Shown: positions 15,001 through 30,000 of the stretch, piece after piece | Numbering within the stretch: position 1 is the first letter of the stretch | Layout: the number at the start of each line of letters is the position of its first letter | Assembly (NCBI GenBank): GCA_964016885.1 | Contig: OZ024745.1 | Coordinates: 5,270,001-5,334,000 of the forward strand | Direction: 5' to 3' | DNA length: 64,000 nucleotides | Source: Eledone cirrhosa | Taxonomy: Eukaryota | The notes under the pieces: generated by a model | Seen by the model: only the letters and a program-made list of their open reading frames with translations | Databases searched by the model: none | What the model was told of the DNA's origin: nothing | Program-made: the position numbers and the translations under genes

Positions 15001-18000
15001 TAGGTAGAGATAGTAGTGTACTAGGTAGAGATAGTAGTATACTAGGTAGAGATAGTATACTAGGTAGAGTTAGTAGTATACTAGGTAGAGATAGTATACT
15101 AGGTAGAGTTAGTAGTATACTAGGTAGAGATGGTAGTATACTAGGTAGAGATAGTACTATACTAGGTAGAGATGCTAGTATACTAGGTAGAGATGGTAGT
15201 ATACTAGGTAGAGATAGTAGTATATTAGGTAGAGATAGAAGTGTACTAGCTAGAGATAGTACTATACTGGGTAGAGATAGTAGTATACTAGTTAGAGATA
15301 GTAGTATACTAGGTAGAGATAGTATTATACTAGGTAGAGATAGTAGTATACTAGTAGTATACTAGGTAGAGATAGTAGTATACTAGTTAGAGATGGTAGT
15401 ATACTAGGTAGAGTTAGTAGTATACTAGGTAGAGATAGTAGTATACTAGGTAGAGATATTACAATACTAGGGAGAGATAGTACTATACTAGGTAGAGATG
15501 GTAGTATACTAGGTAGAGATAGTAGTATACTAGGTAGAGATAGTAGTATACTAGGTAGAGTTAGTAGTATACTAGGTAGATATAGTAGTATACTAGGTAG
15601 AGATAGTAGTGTACTAGGTAGAGATAGTAGTATACTAGGTAGAGATGGTAGTATACTAGGTAGAGATGCTAGTATACTAGGTAGAGATGGTAGTATACTA
15701 GGGAGAGATAGTATACTAGGTAGAGATGGTAGTATACTAGGTAGAGATAGTACTGTACTAGGTAGAGATGCTAGTATACTAGGTAGAGATAGTAGTATAC
15801 TAGGTAGAGATAGTAGTGTACTAGGTAGAGATAGTACTATACTAGGTAGAGGTAGTAGTATACTAGTTAGAGATAGTAGTATACTAGGTAGAGATAGTAG
15901 TATACTAGGTAGAGATAGTAGTGTACTAGGTAGAGATAGTAGTATTCTAGGTATAGATAGTAGTATACTACGTAGAGATAGTACTATACTAGGTAGAGAT
16001 GGTAGTATACCAGGTAGAGATAGTAGTATACTAGGTAGAGATAGTAGTATACTAGGTAGAGATAGTAGTACACTTGGTAGAGATAGTAGTATACTAGGGA
16101 GAGATAGTAGTATACTAGGTGGAGATAGTACTATACTAGGTAGAGATAGTAGTATACTAGGTAGAGTTAGTAGTATACTAGGTAGAGATAGTAGTATACT
16201 AATTAGAGATAGTAGTATACTAGGTAGAGATAGTAGTATACTAAGTAGAGTTAGTAGTATACTAGGTAGAGATAGTAGTATACTAGGTAGAGATAGTAGT
16301 ATACTAGGTAGAGATAGTAGTATACCAGGTAGAGATAGTAGTATACTAGGTAGATAGTAGTATACTAGGTATAGATAGTAGTATACTAGGTAGAGATAGT
16401 AGTGTACTAGGTAGAGATAGTAGTATACTAGGTATAGATAGTAGTATACTAGGTAGAGATAGTAGTGTACTAGGGAGAGATAGTAGTATACTAGGTATAG
16501 ATAGTAGTATACTAGGTAGAGATAGTAGTGTACTAGGTAGAGATAGTAGTATACTAGGTATAGATAGTAGTATACTAGGTAGAGATAGTAGTGTACTAGG
16601 TAGAGATAGTAGTATACTAGGTATAGATAGCAGTATACTAGGTAGAGATAGTAGTGTTCTAGGGAGAGATAGTACTATACTAGGTAGAGATAGTAGTATA
16701 CTAGGTAGAGATAGTAGTATACTAGGTAGAGATAGTAGTGTACTAGGGCGAGATAGTAGTATACTAGGTAGAGATGGTAGTATACTAGGTAGAGATAATA
16801 GTATACTAGGTAGAGATAGTAGTATACTAGGTAGAGATAGTAGTATACTGGGTAGAGATAGTAGTATACTAGGTAGAGATAGTAGTATACTAGGTAGAGA
16901 TAGTAGTATACTAGGTAGAGATAGTAGTATACTAGGTAGAGATAGTAGTATACTAGGTAGAGATAGTAGTATACTAGTTAGAGATGGTAGTATACTAGGT
17001 AGAGTTAGTAGTATACTAGGTAGAGATAGTAGTATACTAGTTAGAGATAGTAGTATACTGGGTAGAGATAGTAGTATACTAGGTAGAGATAGTAGTATAC
17101 TAGGTAGAGATAGTAGTATACTAGGTAGAGATAGTAGTATACTAGGTAGAGATAGTAGTATACTAGTTAGAGATGGTAGTATACTAGGTAGAGTTAGTAG
17201 TATACTAGGTAGAGATAGTAGTATACTAGGTAGAGATATTACAATACTAGGGAGAGATAGTATTATACTAGGTAGAGATGGTAGTATACTAGGTAGAGAT
17301 AGTAGTATACTAGGTAGAGTTAGTAGTATACTAGGTAGAGATAGTAGTATACTAGGTAGAGTTAGTAGTATACTAGGTAGAGATAGTAGTATACTAGGTA
17401 GAGTTAGTAGTATACTAGGTAGAGATAGTAGTATATTGGGTAGAGATAGTACTATACTAGGTAGAGATGGTAGTATACTAGGTAGAGATAGCAGTATAGT
17501 AGGTAGATATAGTAGTATACTAGGTATAGATACTAGTGTACTAGGGAGAGATAGTAGTATACTAGGTAGAGATAGTAGTATACTAGGTAGAGATAGTAGT
17601 ATAGTAGGTAGATATAGTAGTATACTAGGTAGAGATAGTAGTATACTAGGCAGAGATAGTAGTATACTAGTAGAGATAGTAGTATACTAGGTAGAGATAG
17701 TAGTATACTAGGTAGAGATGGTAGTATACTAGGTGGAGATGGTAATATACTAGGTAGAGATAGTAGTATACTAGGTAGAGATAGTAGTATACTATGTAGA
17801 GATAGTAGTATATTAGGTAGAGATAGTAGTGTACTAGGGAGAGATGGTAGTATACTAGGTAGAGATAGTACTATTCTAGGTAGATATAGTAGTATACTAG
17901 GTAGAGATAGTAGTATACTAGGCAGAGATAGTAGTATACTAGTAGAGATAGTACTATACTAGGTAGATATAGTAGTATACTAGGTAGAGATAGTAGTATA

Positions 18001-21000
18001 CTAGGTAGAGATAGTAGTATACTAGGTAGTGATAGTAGTATACTAGGTAGAGATAGTAGTATACTAGGTAGAAATAGTTGTATACAAGGTAACGATAGTA
18101 GTACACTAGGTTGTGATAGTAGTATACTAGGTAGGGATAGTAGTGTACTAGGTAGAGATAGTAGTATACTAGGTAGATAGTAGTATACTAGGTAGATATA
18201 GTAGTATACTAGGTAGAGATAGTAGTATACGAGGTAGAGATGGTAGTATACTAGGTAGGGATAGTAGTCTACTAGGTAGAGATAGTACTATACTAGGTAG
18301 AGATGGTAGTATACTAGGTAGAGATAGTAGTATACTAGGTAGATAGTAGTATACTAGGTAGAGATAATAGTATACTAGGTAGAGATAGTAGTATACTAGG
18401 TAGAGATAGTAGTATACTGGGTAGAGATAGTAGTATACTAGGTAGAGATAGTAGTATACTAGGTAGAGATAGTAGTATACTAGGTAGAGATAGTAGTATA
18501 CTAGTAGTATACTAGGTAGAGATAGTAGTATACTAGTTAGAGATGGTAGTATACTAGGTAGAGTTAGTAGTATACTAGGTAGAGATAGTAGTATACTAGG
18601 TAGAGATATTACAATACTAGGGAGAGATAGTACTATACTAGGTAGAGATAGTAGTATACTAGGTAGAGATAATAGTATACTAGGTAGAGATAGTAGTATA
18701 CTAGGTAGAGATAATAGTATACTAGGTAGAGATAGTAGTATACTAGGTAGAGATAGTAGTGTACTAGGTAGAGATAGTAGTATACTAGGTAGAGATAGTA
18801 CTATACTAGGTAGAGATAGTACTATACTAGGTAGAGATAATAGTATACTAGGTAGAGATAGTAGTATACTAGGTAGAGATAGTAGTATACTGGGTAGAGA
18901 TAGTAGTATACTAGGTAGAGATAGTAGTATACTAGGTAGAGATAGTAGTATACTAGGTAGAGATAGTAGTATACTAGTAGTATACTAGGTAGAGATAGTA
19001 GTATACTAGTTAGAGATGGTAGTATACTAGGTAGAGTTAGTAGTATACTAGGTAGAGATAGTAGTATACTAGGTAGAGATATTACAATACTAGGGAGAGA
19101 TAGTACTATACTAGGTAGAGATGGTAGTATACTAGGTAGAGATAGTAGTATACTAGGTAGAGATAGTAGTATACTAGGTAGAGTTAGTAGTATACTAGGT
19201 AGATATAGTAGTATACTAGGTAGAGATAGTAGTGTACTAGGTAGAGATAGTAGTATACTAGGTAGAGATGGTAGTATACTAGGTAGAGATGCTAGTATAC
19301 TAGGTAGAGATGGTAGTATACTAGGGAGAGATGGTAGTATACTAGGTAGAGATAGTACTGTACTAGGTAGAGATGCTAGTATACTAGGTAGAGATAGTAG
19401 TATACTAGGTAGAGATAGTAGTGTACTAGGTAGAGATGGTAGTATACTAGGTAGAGATAGTACTGTACTAGGTAGAGATGCTAGTATACTAGCTAGAGAT
19501 AGTAGTATACTAGGTAGAGATAGTAGTGTACTAGGTAGAGATAGTACTATACTAGGTAGAGGTAGTAGTATACTAGTTAGAGATAGTAGTATACTAGGTA
19601 GAGATAGTAGTATACTAGGTAGAGATAGTAGTGTACTAGGTAGAGATAGTAGTATTCTAGGTATAGATAGTAGTATACTACGTAGAGATTGTACTATACT
19701 AGGTAGAGATAGTAGTATACCAGGTAGAGATAGTAGTATACTAGGTAGAGATAGTAGTATACTAGGTAGAGATAGTAGTATACTAGGTGGAGATAGTACT
19801 ATACTAGGTAGAGATAGTAGTATACTAGGTAGAGTTAGTAGTATACTAGGTAGAGATAGTAGTATACTAATTAGAGATAGTAGTATACTAGGTAGAGATA
19901 GTAGTATACTAAGTAGAGTTAGTAGTATACTAGGTAGAGATAGTAGTATACTAGGTAGAGATAGTAGTATACCAGGTAGAGATAGTAGTATACTAGGTAG
20001 ATAGTAGTATACTAGGTATAGATAGTAGTATACTAGGTAGAGATATTAGTATACTAAGTAGAGTTAGTAGTATACTAGGGAGAGATAGTAGTATACTAGG
20101 TAGAGATAGTAGTATACTAGGTAGGGATAGTAGTGTACTAGGTAGAGATAGTACTATACTAGGTAGAGATGGTAGTATACTAGGTAGAGATAGTAGTATA
20201 CTAGGTAGAGATAGTATACTAGGTAGAGTTAGTAGTATACTAGGTAGAGATGGTAGTATACTAGGTAGAGATAGTACTATACTAGGTAGAGATGCTAGTA
20301 TACTAGGTAGAGATGGTAGTATACTAGGTAGAGATAGTAGTATACTAGGTAGAGATAGTAGTGTACTAGGTAGAGATAGTACTATACTGGGTAGAGATAG
20401 TAGTATACTAGTTAGAGATAGTAGTATACTAGGTAGAGATAGTAGTATACTAGGTAGAGATAGTAGTATACTAGGTAGAGATAATAGTATACTAGGTAGA
20501 GATAGTAGTATACTAGGTAGAGATAGTAGTGTACTAGGTAGAGATAGTAGTATACTAGGTAGAGATAGTAGTATACTAGGTAGAGATAATAGTATACTAG
20601 GTAGAGATAGTAGTATACTAGGTAGAGATAGTAGTATACTGGGTAGAGATAGTAGTATACTAGGTAGAGATAGTAGTATACTAGGTAGAGATAGTAGTAT
20701 ACTAGGTAGAGATAGTAGTATACTAGTAGTATACTAGGTAGAGATAGTAGTATACTAGTTAGAGATGGTAGTATACTAGGTAGAGTTAGTAGTATACTAG
20801 GTAGAGATAGTAGTATACTAGGTAGAGATATTACAATACTAGGGAGAGATAGTACTATACTAGGTAGAGATAGTAGTATACTAGGTAGAGATAATAGTAT
20901 ACTAGGTAGAGATAGTAGTATACTAGGTAGAGATAATAGTATACTAGGTAGAGATAGTAGTATACTAGGTAGAGATAGTAGTGTACTAGGTAGAGATAGT

Positions 21001-24000
21001 AGTATACTAGGTAGAGATAGTACTATACTAGGTAGAGATAGTACTATACTAGGTAGAGATAATAGTATACTAGGTAGAGATAGTAGTATACTAGGTAGAG
21101 ATAGTAGTATACTGGGTAGAGATAGTAGTATACTAGGTAGAGATAGTAGTATACTAGGTAGAGATAGTAGTATACTAGGTAGAGATAGTAGTATACTAGT
21201 AGTATACTAGGTAGAGATAGTAGTATACTAGTTAGAGATGTTAGTATACTAGGTAGAGTTAGTAGTATACTAGGTAGAGATAGTAGTATACTAGGTAGAG
21301 ATATTACAATACTAGGGAGAGATAGTACTATACTAGGTAGAGATGGTAGTATACTAGGTAGAGATAGTAGTATACTAGGTAGAGATAGTAGTATACTAGG
21401 TAGAGTTAGTAGTATACTAGGTAGATATAGTAGTATACTAGGTAGAGATAGTAGTGTACTAGGTAGAGATAGTAGTATACTAGGTAGAGATGGTAGTATA
21501 CTAGGTAGAGATGCTAGTATACTAGGTAGAGATGGTAGTATACTAGGGAGAGATGGTAGTATACTAGGTAGAGATAGTACTGTACTAGGTAGAGATGCTA
21601 GTATACTAGGTAGATATAGTAGTATACTAGGTAGAGATAGTAGTGTACTAGGTAGAGATGGTAGTATACTAGGTAGAGATAGTACTGTACTAGGTAGAGA
21701 TGCTAGTATACTAGGTAGAGATAGTAGTATACTAGGTAGAGATAGTAGTGTACTAGGTAGAGATAGTACTATACTAGGTAGAGGTAGTAGTATACTACGT
21801 AGAGATAGTACTATACTAGGTAGAGATAGTAGTATACCAGGTAGAGATAGTAGTATACTAGGTAGAGATAGTAGTATACTAGGTAGAGATAGTAGTATAC
21901 TAGGTAGAGTTAGTAGTATACTAGGTAGAGATAGTAGTATACTAATTAGAGATAGTAGTATACTAGGTAGAGATAGTAGTATACTAAGTAGAGTTAGTAG
22001 TATACTAGGTAGAGATAGTAGTATACTAGGTAGAGATAGTAGTATACCAGGTAGAGATAGTAGTATACTAGGTAGATAGTAGTATACTAGGTATAGATAG
22101 TAGTATACTAGGTAGAGATAGTAGTATACTAAGTAGAGTTAGTAGTATACTAGGGAGAGATAGTACTATACTAGGTAGAGATAGTAGTATACCAGGTAGA
22201 GATAGTAGTATACTAGGTAGAGATAGTAGTATACCAGGTAGAGATAGTAGTATACTAGGTAGATAGTAGTATACTAGGTATAGATAGTAGTATACTAGGT
22301 AGAGATAGTAGTGTACTAGGTAGAGATAGTAGTATACTAGGTATAGATAGTAGTATACTAGGTAGAGATAGTAGTGTACTAGGGAGAGATAGTACTATAC
22401 TAGGTAGAGATAGTAGTATACTAGGTAGAGATAGTAGTATACTAGGTAGAGATAGTAGTGTACTAGGGCGAGATAGTAGTATACTAGGTAGAGATGGTAG
22501 TATACTAGGTAGAGATAGTAGTATACTAGGTAGAGATAGTAGTATACTAGGTAGAGATAGTAGTATACTGGGTAGAGATAGTAGTATACTAGGTAGAGAT
22601 AGTAGTATACTAGGTAGAGATAGTAGTATACTAGGTAGAGATAGTAGTATACTAGGTAGAGATAGTAGTATACTAGGTAGAGATAGTAGTATACTAGTTA
22701 GAGATGGTAGTATACTAGGTAGAGTTAGTAGTATACTAGGTAGAGATAGTAGTATACTAGTTAGAGATAGTAGTATACTGGGTAGAGATAGTAGTATACT
22801 AGGTAGAGATAGTAGTATACTAGGTAGAGATAGTAGTATACTAGGTAGAGATAGTAGTATACTAGGTAGAGATAGTAGTATACTAGTTAGAGATGGTAGT
22901 ATACTAGGTAGAGTTAGTAGTATACTAGGTAGAGATAGTAGTATACTAGGTGGAGATAGTACTATAATAGGTAGAGATAGTAGTATACTAGGTAGAGATA
23001 GTAGTATACTAGGTGGAGATAGTACTATACTAGGTAGAGATAGTAGTATACTAGGTAGAGTTAGTAGTATACTAGGTAGAGATAGTAGTATACTAATTAG
23101 AGATAGTAGTATACTAGGTAGAGATAGTAGTATACTAGGTAGAGATAGTAGTATACCAGGTAGAGATAGTAGTATACTAGGTAGATAGTAGTATACTAGG
23201 TATAGATAGTAGTATACTAGGTAGAGATAGTAGTATACTAAGTAGAGTTAGTAGTATACTAGGGAGAGATAGTAGTATACTAGGTAGAGATAGTAGTATA
23301 CTAGGTAGGGATAGTAGTGTACTAGGTAGAGATAGTACTATACTAGGTAGAGATGGTAGTATACTAGGTAGAGATAGTAGTATACTAGGTAGAGATAGTA
23401 TACTAGGTAGAGTTAGTAGTATACTAGGTAGAGATGGTAGTATACTAGGTAGAGATAGTACTATACTAGGTAGAGATGCTAGTATACTAGGTAGAGATGG
23501 TAGTATACTAGGTAGAGATAGTAGTATACTAGGTAGAGATAGTAGTGTACTAGGTAGAGATAGTACTATACTGGGTAGAGATAGTAGTATACTAGTTAGA
23601 GATAGTAGTATACTAGGTAGAGATAGTAGTATACTAGGTAGAGATAGTAGTATACTAGGTAGAGATAATAGTATACTAGGTAGAGATAGTAGTATACTAG
23701 GTAGAGATAGTAGTGTACTAGGTAGAGATAGTAGTATACTAGGTAGAGATAGTAGTATACTAGGTAGAGATAATAGTATACTAGGTAGAGATAGTAGTAT
23801 ACTAGGTAGAGATAGTAGTATACTGGGTAGAGATAGTAGTATACTAGGTAGAGATATTAGTATACTAGGTAGAGATAGTAGTATACTAGGTAGAGATAGT
23901 AGTATACTAGTAGTATACTAGGTAGAGATAGTAGTATACTAGTTAGAGATGGTAGTATACTAGGTAGAGTTAGTAGTATACTAGGTAGAGATAGTAGTAT

Positions 24001-27000
24001 ACTAGGTAGAGATATTACAATACTAGGGAGAGATAGTACTATACTAGGTAGAGATAGTAGTATACTAGGTAGAGATAATAGTATACTAGGTAGAGATAGT
24101 AGTATACTAGGTAGAGATAATAGTATACTAGGTAGAGATAGTAGTATACTAGGTAGAGATAGTAGTGTACTAGGTAGAGATAGTAGTATACTAGGTAGAG
24201 ATAGTACTATACTAGGTAGAGATAGTACTATACTAGGTAGAGATAATAGTATACTAGGTAGAGATAGTAGTATACTAGGTAGAGATAGTAGTATACTGGG
24301 TAGAGATAGTAGTATACTAGGTAGAGATAGTAGTATACTAGGTAGAGATAGTAGTATACTAGGTAGAGATAGTAGTATACTAGTAGTATACTAGGTAGAG
24401 ATAGTAGTATACTAGTTAGAGATGGTAGTATACTAGGTAGAGTTAGTAGTATACTAGGTAGAGATAGTAGTATACTAGGTAGAGATATTACAATACTAGG
24501 GAGAGATAGTACTATACTAGGTAGAGATGGTAGTATACTAGGTAGAGATAGTAGTATACTAGGTAGAGATAGTAGTATACTAGGTAGAGTTAGTAGTATA
24601 CTAGGTAGATATAGTAGTATACTAGGTAGAGATAGTAGTGTACTAGGTAGAGATAGTAGTATACTAGGTAGAGATGGTAGTATACTAGGTAGAGATGCTA
24701 GTATACTAGGTAGAGATGGTAGTATACTAGGGAGAGATGGTAGTATACTAGGTAGAGATAGTACTGTACTAGGTAGAGATGCTAGTATACTAGGTAGATA
24801 TAGTAGTATACTAGGTAGAGATAGTAGTGTACTAGGTAGAGATGGTAGTATACTAGGTAGAGATAGTACTGTACTAGGTAGAGATGCTAGTATACTAGGT
24901 AGAGATAGTAGTATACTAGGTAGAGATAGTAGTGTACTAGGTAGAGATAGTACTATACTAGGTAGAGGTAGTAGTATACTACGTAGAGATAGTACTATAC
25001 TAGGTAGAGATAGTAGTATACCAGGTAGAGATAGTAGTATACTAGGTAGAGATAGTAGTATACTAGGTAGAGATAGTAGTATACTAGGTAGAGTTAGTAG
25101 TATACTAGGTAGAGATAGTAGTATACTAATTAGAGATAGTAGTATACTAGGTAGAGATAGTAGTATACTAAGTAGAGTTAGTAGTATACTAGGTAGAGAT
25201 AGTAGTATACTAGGTAGAGATAGTAGTATACCAGGTAGAGATAGTAGTATACTAGGTAGATAGTAGTATACTAGGTATAGATAGTAGTATACTAGGTAGA
25301 GATAGTAGTATACTAAGTAGAGTTAGTAGTATACTAGGGAGAGATAGTACTATACTAGGTAGAGATAGTAGTATACCAGGTAGAGATAGTAGTATACTAG
25401 GTAGAGATAGTAGTATACCAGGTAGAGATAGTAGTATACTAGGTAGATAGTAGTATACTAGGTATAGATAGTAGTATACTAGGTAGAGATAGTAGTGTAC
25501 TAGGTAGAGATAGTAGTATACTAGGTATAGATAGTAGTATACTAGGTGGAGATAGTAGTGTACTAGGGAGAGATAGTACTATACTAGGTAGAGATAGTAG
25601 TATACTAGGTAGAGATAGTAGTATACTAGGTACAGATATTACAATACTAGGGAGAGATAGTATTATACTAGGTAGAGATATTACAATACTAGGGAGAGAT
25701 AGTAGTATACTAGGTAGAGATAGTAGTATACTAGGTAGAGTTAGTAGTATACTAGGTAGAGATAGTAGTATACTAGGTAGAGATAGTACAATACTAGGTA
25801 GAGATGGTAGTATACTAGGTAGAGATTGCAGTATAGTAGGTAGAGTTAGTAGTATACTAGGTAGAGATAGTAGTATACTAGGTAGAGTTAGTAGTATACT
25901 AGGTAGAGATAGTAGTATACTAGGTAGAGATAGTAGTATACTAGGTAGAGTTAGTAGTATACTAGGTAGAGATAGTAGTATACTAGGTAGAGATAGTAGT
26001 ATACTAGGTAGAGTTAGTAGTATACTAGGTAGAGATAGTAGTATACTAGGTAGAGTTAGTAGTATACTAGGTAGAGATAGTAGTATACTAGGTAGAGATA
26101 GTACTATACTAGGTAGAGATGGTAGTATACTAGGTAGAGATAGCAGTATAGTAGGTAGATATAGTAGTATACTAGGTAGAGATAGTAGTATACTAGGCAG
26201 AGATAGTAGTATACTAGTAGAGATAGTAGTATACTAGGTAGAGATAGTAGTATACTAGGTAGAGATGGTAGTATACTAGGTAGAGATGGTAATATACTAG
26301 GTAGAGATAGTAGTATACTAGGTAGAGATAGTAGTATACTAGGTAGAGATAGTAGTATACTAGGTAGAGATAGTAGTATACTAGGTAGAGATAGCAGTAT
26401 AGTAGGTAGATATAGTAGTATACTAGGTAGAGATAGTAGTATACTAGGCAGAGATAGTAGTATACTAGTAGAGATAGTAGTATACTAGGTAGAGATAGTA
26501 GTATACTAGGTAGAGATGGTAGTATACTAGGTAGAGATGGTAGTATACTAGGTAGAGATGGTAATATACTAGGTAGAGATAGTAGTATACTAGGTAGAGA
26601 TAGTAGTATACTAGGTAGAGATAGTAGTATATTAGGTAGATATAGTAGTATACTAGGTAGAGATAGTAGTATACTAGGCAGAGATAGTAGTATACTAGTA
26701 GAGATAGTACTATACTAGGTAGATATAGTAGTATACTAGGTAGAGATAGTAGTATACTAGGTAGAGATAGTAGTATACTAGGTAGTGATAGTAGTATACT
26801 AGGTAGAGATAGTAGTATACTAGGTAGAAATAGTTGTATACAAGGTAACGATAGTAGTACACTAGGTTGTGATAGTAGTATACTAGGTAGGGATAGTAGT
26901 GTACTAGGTAGAGATAGTAGTATACTAGGTAGATAGTAGTATACTAGGTAGATATAGTAGTATACTAGGTAGAGATAGTAGTATACGAGGTAGAGATGGT

Positions 27001-30000
27001 AGTATACTAGGTAGGGATAGTAGTGTACTAGGTAGAGATAGTACTATACTAGGTAGAGATGGTAGTATACTAGGTAGAGATAGTAGTATACTAGGTAGAT
27101 AGTAGTATACTAGGTAGATATAGTAGTATACTAGGTAGAGATAGTAGTGTACTAGGTAGAGATAGTAGTATACTAGGTAGAGATAGTATACTAGGTAGAG
27201 TTAGTAGTATACTAGGTAGAGATAGTATACTAGGTAGAGTTAGTAGTATACTAGGTAGAGATGGTAGTATACTAGGTAGAGATAGTACTATACTAGGTAG
27301 AGATGCTAGTATACTAGGTAGAGATGGTAGTATACTAGGTAGAGATAGTAGTATATTAGGTAGAGATAGAAGTGTACTAGCTAGAGATAGTACTATACTG
27401 GGTAGAGATAGTAGTATACTAGTTAGAGATAGTAGTATACTAGGTAGAGATAGTAGTATACTAGGTAGAGATAGTAGTATACTAGTAGTATACTAGGTAG
27501 AGATAGTAGTATACTAGTTAGAGATGGTAGTATACTAGGTAGAGTTAGTAGTATACTAGGTAGAGATAGTAGTATACTAGGTAGAGATATTACAATACTA
27601 GGGAGAGATAGTACTATACTAGGTAGAGATGGTAGTATACTAGGTAGAGATAGTAGTATACTAGGTAGAGATAGTAGTATACTAGGTAGAGTTAGTAGTA
27701 TACTAGGTAGATATAGTAGTATACTAGGTAGAGATAGTAGTGTACTAGGTAGAGATAGTAGTATACTAGGTAGAGATGGTAGTATACTAGGTAGAGATGC
27801 TAGTATACTAGGTAGAGATGGTAGTATACTAGGGAGAGATAGTATACTAGGTAGAGATGGTAGTATACTAGGTAGAGATAGTACTGTACTAGGTAGAGAT
27901 GCTAGTATACTAGGTAGAGATAGTAGTATACTAGGTAGAGATAGTAGTGTACTAGGTAGAGATAGTACTATACTAGGTAGAGGTAGTAGTATACTAGTTA
28001 GAGATAGTAGTATACTAGGTAGAGATAGTAGTATACTAGGTAGAGATAGTAGTGTACTAGGTAGAGATAGTAGTATTCTAGGTATAGATAGTAGTATACT
28101 ACGTAGAGATAGTACTATACCAGGTAGAGATAGTAGTATACTAGGTAGAGATAGTAGTATACTAGGTAGAGATAGTAGTACACTTGGTAGAGATAGTAGT
28201 ATACTAGGGAGAGATAGTAGTATACTAGGTGGAGATAGTACTATACTAGGTAGAGATAGTAGTATACTAGGTAGAGTTAGTAGTATACTAGGTAGAGATA
28301 GTAGTATACTAATTAGAGATAGTAGTATACTAGGTAGAGATAGTAGTATACTAAGTAGAGTTAGTAGTATACTAGGTAGAGATAGTAGTATACTAGGTAG
28401 AGATAGTAGTATACTAGGTAGAGATAGTAGTATACCAGGTAGAGATAGTAGTATACTAGGTAGATAGTAGTATACTAGGTATAGATAGTAGTATACTAGG
28501 TAGAGATAGTAGTGTACTAGGTAGAGATAGTAGTATACTAGGTATAGATAGTAGTATACTAGGTAGAGATAGTAGTGTACTAGGGAGAGATAGTAGTATA
28601 CTAGGTATAGATAGTAGTATACTAGGTAGAGATAGTAGTGTACTAGGTAGAGATAGTAGTATACTAGGTATAGATAGTAGTATACTAGGTAGAGATAGTA
28701 GTGTACTAGGTAGAGATAGTAGTATACTAGGTATAGATAGCAGTATACTAGGTAGAGATAGTAGTGTTCTAGGGAGAGATAGTACTATACTAGGTAGAGA
28801 TAGTAGTATACTAGGTAGAGATAGTAGTATACTAGGTAGAGATAGTAGTGTACTAGGGCGAGATAGTAGTATACTAGGTAGAGATGGTAGTATACTAGGT
28901 AGAGATAATAGTATACTAGGTAGAGATAGTAGTATACTAGGTAGAGATAGTAGTATACTGGGTAGAGATAGTAGTATACTAGGTAGAGATAGTAGTATAC
29001 TAGGTAGAGATAGTAGTATACTAGGTAGAGATAGTAGTATACTAGGTAGAGATAGTAGTATACTAGGTAGAGATAGTAGTATACTAGTTAGAGATGGTAG
29101 TATACTAGGTAGAGTTAGTAGTATACTAGGTAGAGATAGTAGTATACTAGTTAGAGATAGTAGTATACTGGGTAGAGATAGTAGTATACTAGGTAGAGAT
29201 AGTAGTATACTAGGTAGAGATAGTAGTATACTAGGTAGAGATAGTAGTATACTAGGTAGAGATAGTAGTATACTAGTTAGAGATGGTAGTATACTAGGTA
29301 GAGTTAGTAGTATACTAGGTAGAGATAGTAGTATACTAGGTAGAGATATTACAATACTAGGGAGAGATAGTATTATACTAGGTAGAGATGGTAGTATACT
29401 AGGTAGAGATAGTAGTATACTAGGTAGAGTTAGTAGTATACTAGGTAGAGATAGTAGTATACTAGGTAGAGTTAGTAGTATACTAGGTAGAGATAGTAGT
29501 ATACTAGGTAGAGTTAGTAGTATACTAGGTAGAGATAGTAGTATATTGGGTAGAGATAGTACTATACTAGGTAGAGATGGTAGTATACTAGGTAGAGATA
29601 GCAGTATAGTAGGTAGATATAGTAGTATACTAGGTATAGATACTAGTGTACTAGGGAGAGATAGTAGTATACTAGGTAGAGATAGTAGTATACTAGGTAG
29701 AGATAGTAGTATAGTAGGTAGATATAGTAGTATACTAGGTAGAGATAGTAGTATACTAGGCAGAGATAGTAGTATACTAGTAGAGATAGTAGTATACTAG
29801 GTAGAGATAGTAGTATACTAGGTAGAGATGGTAGTATACTAGGTGGAGATGGTAATATACTAGGTAGAGATAGTAGTATACTAGGTAGAGATAGTAGTAT
29901 ACTAGGTAGAGATAGTAGTATATTAGGTAGAGATAGTAGTGTACTAGGGAGAGATGGTAGTATACTAGGTAGAGATAGTACTATTCTAGGTAGATATAGT

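Noticed and set aside
905-29800. ILGRDSS- and SLPSILL-repeat ORFs (e.g. 2195-3178, 4923-5630), superficially LRR-like
   Set aside because: Stop-free frames of the 21-bp monomer; they are broken wherever a monomer has an indel and show no gene context.
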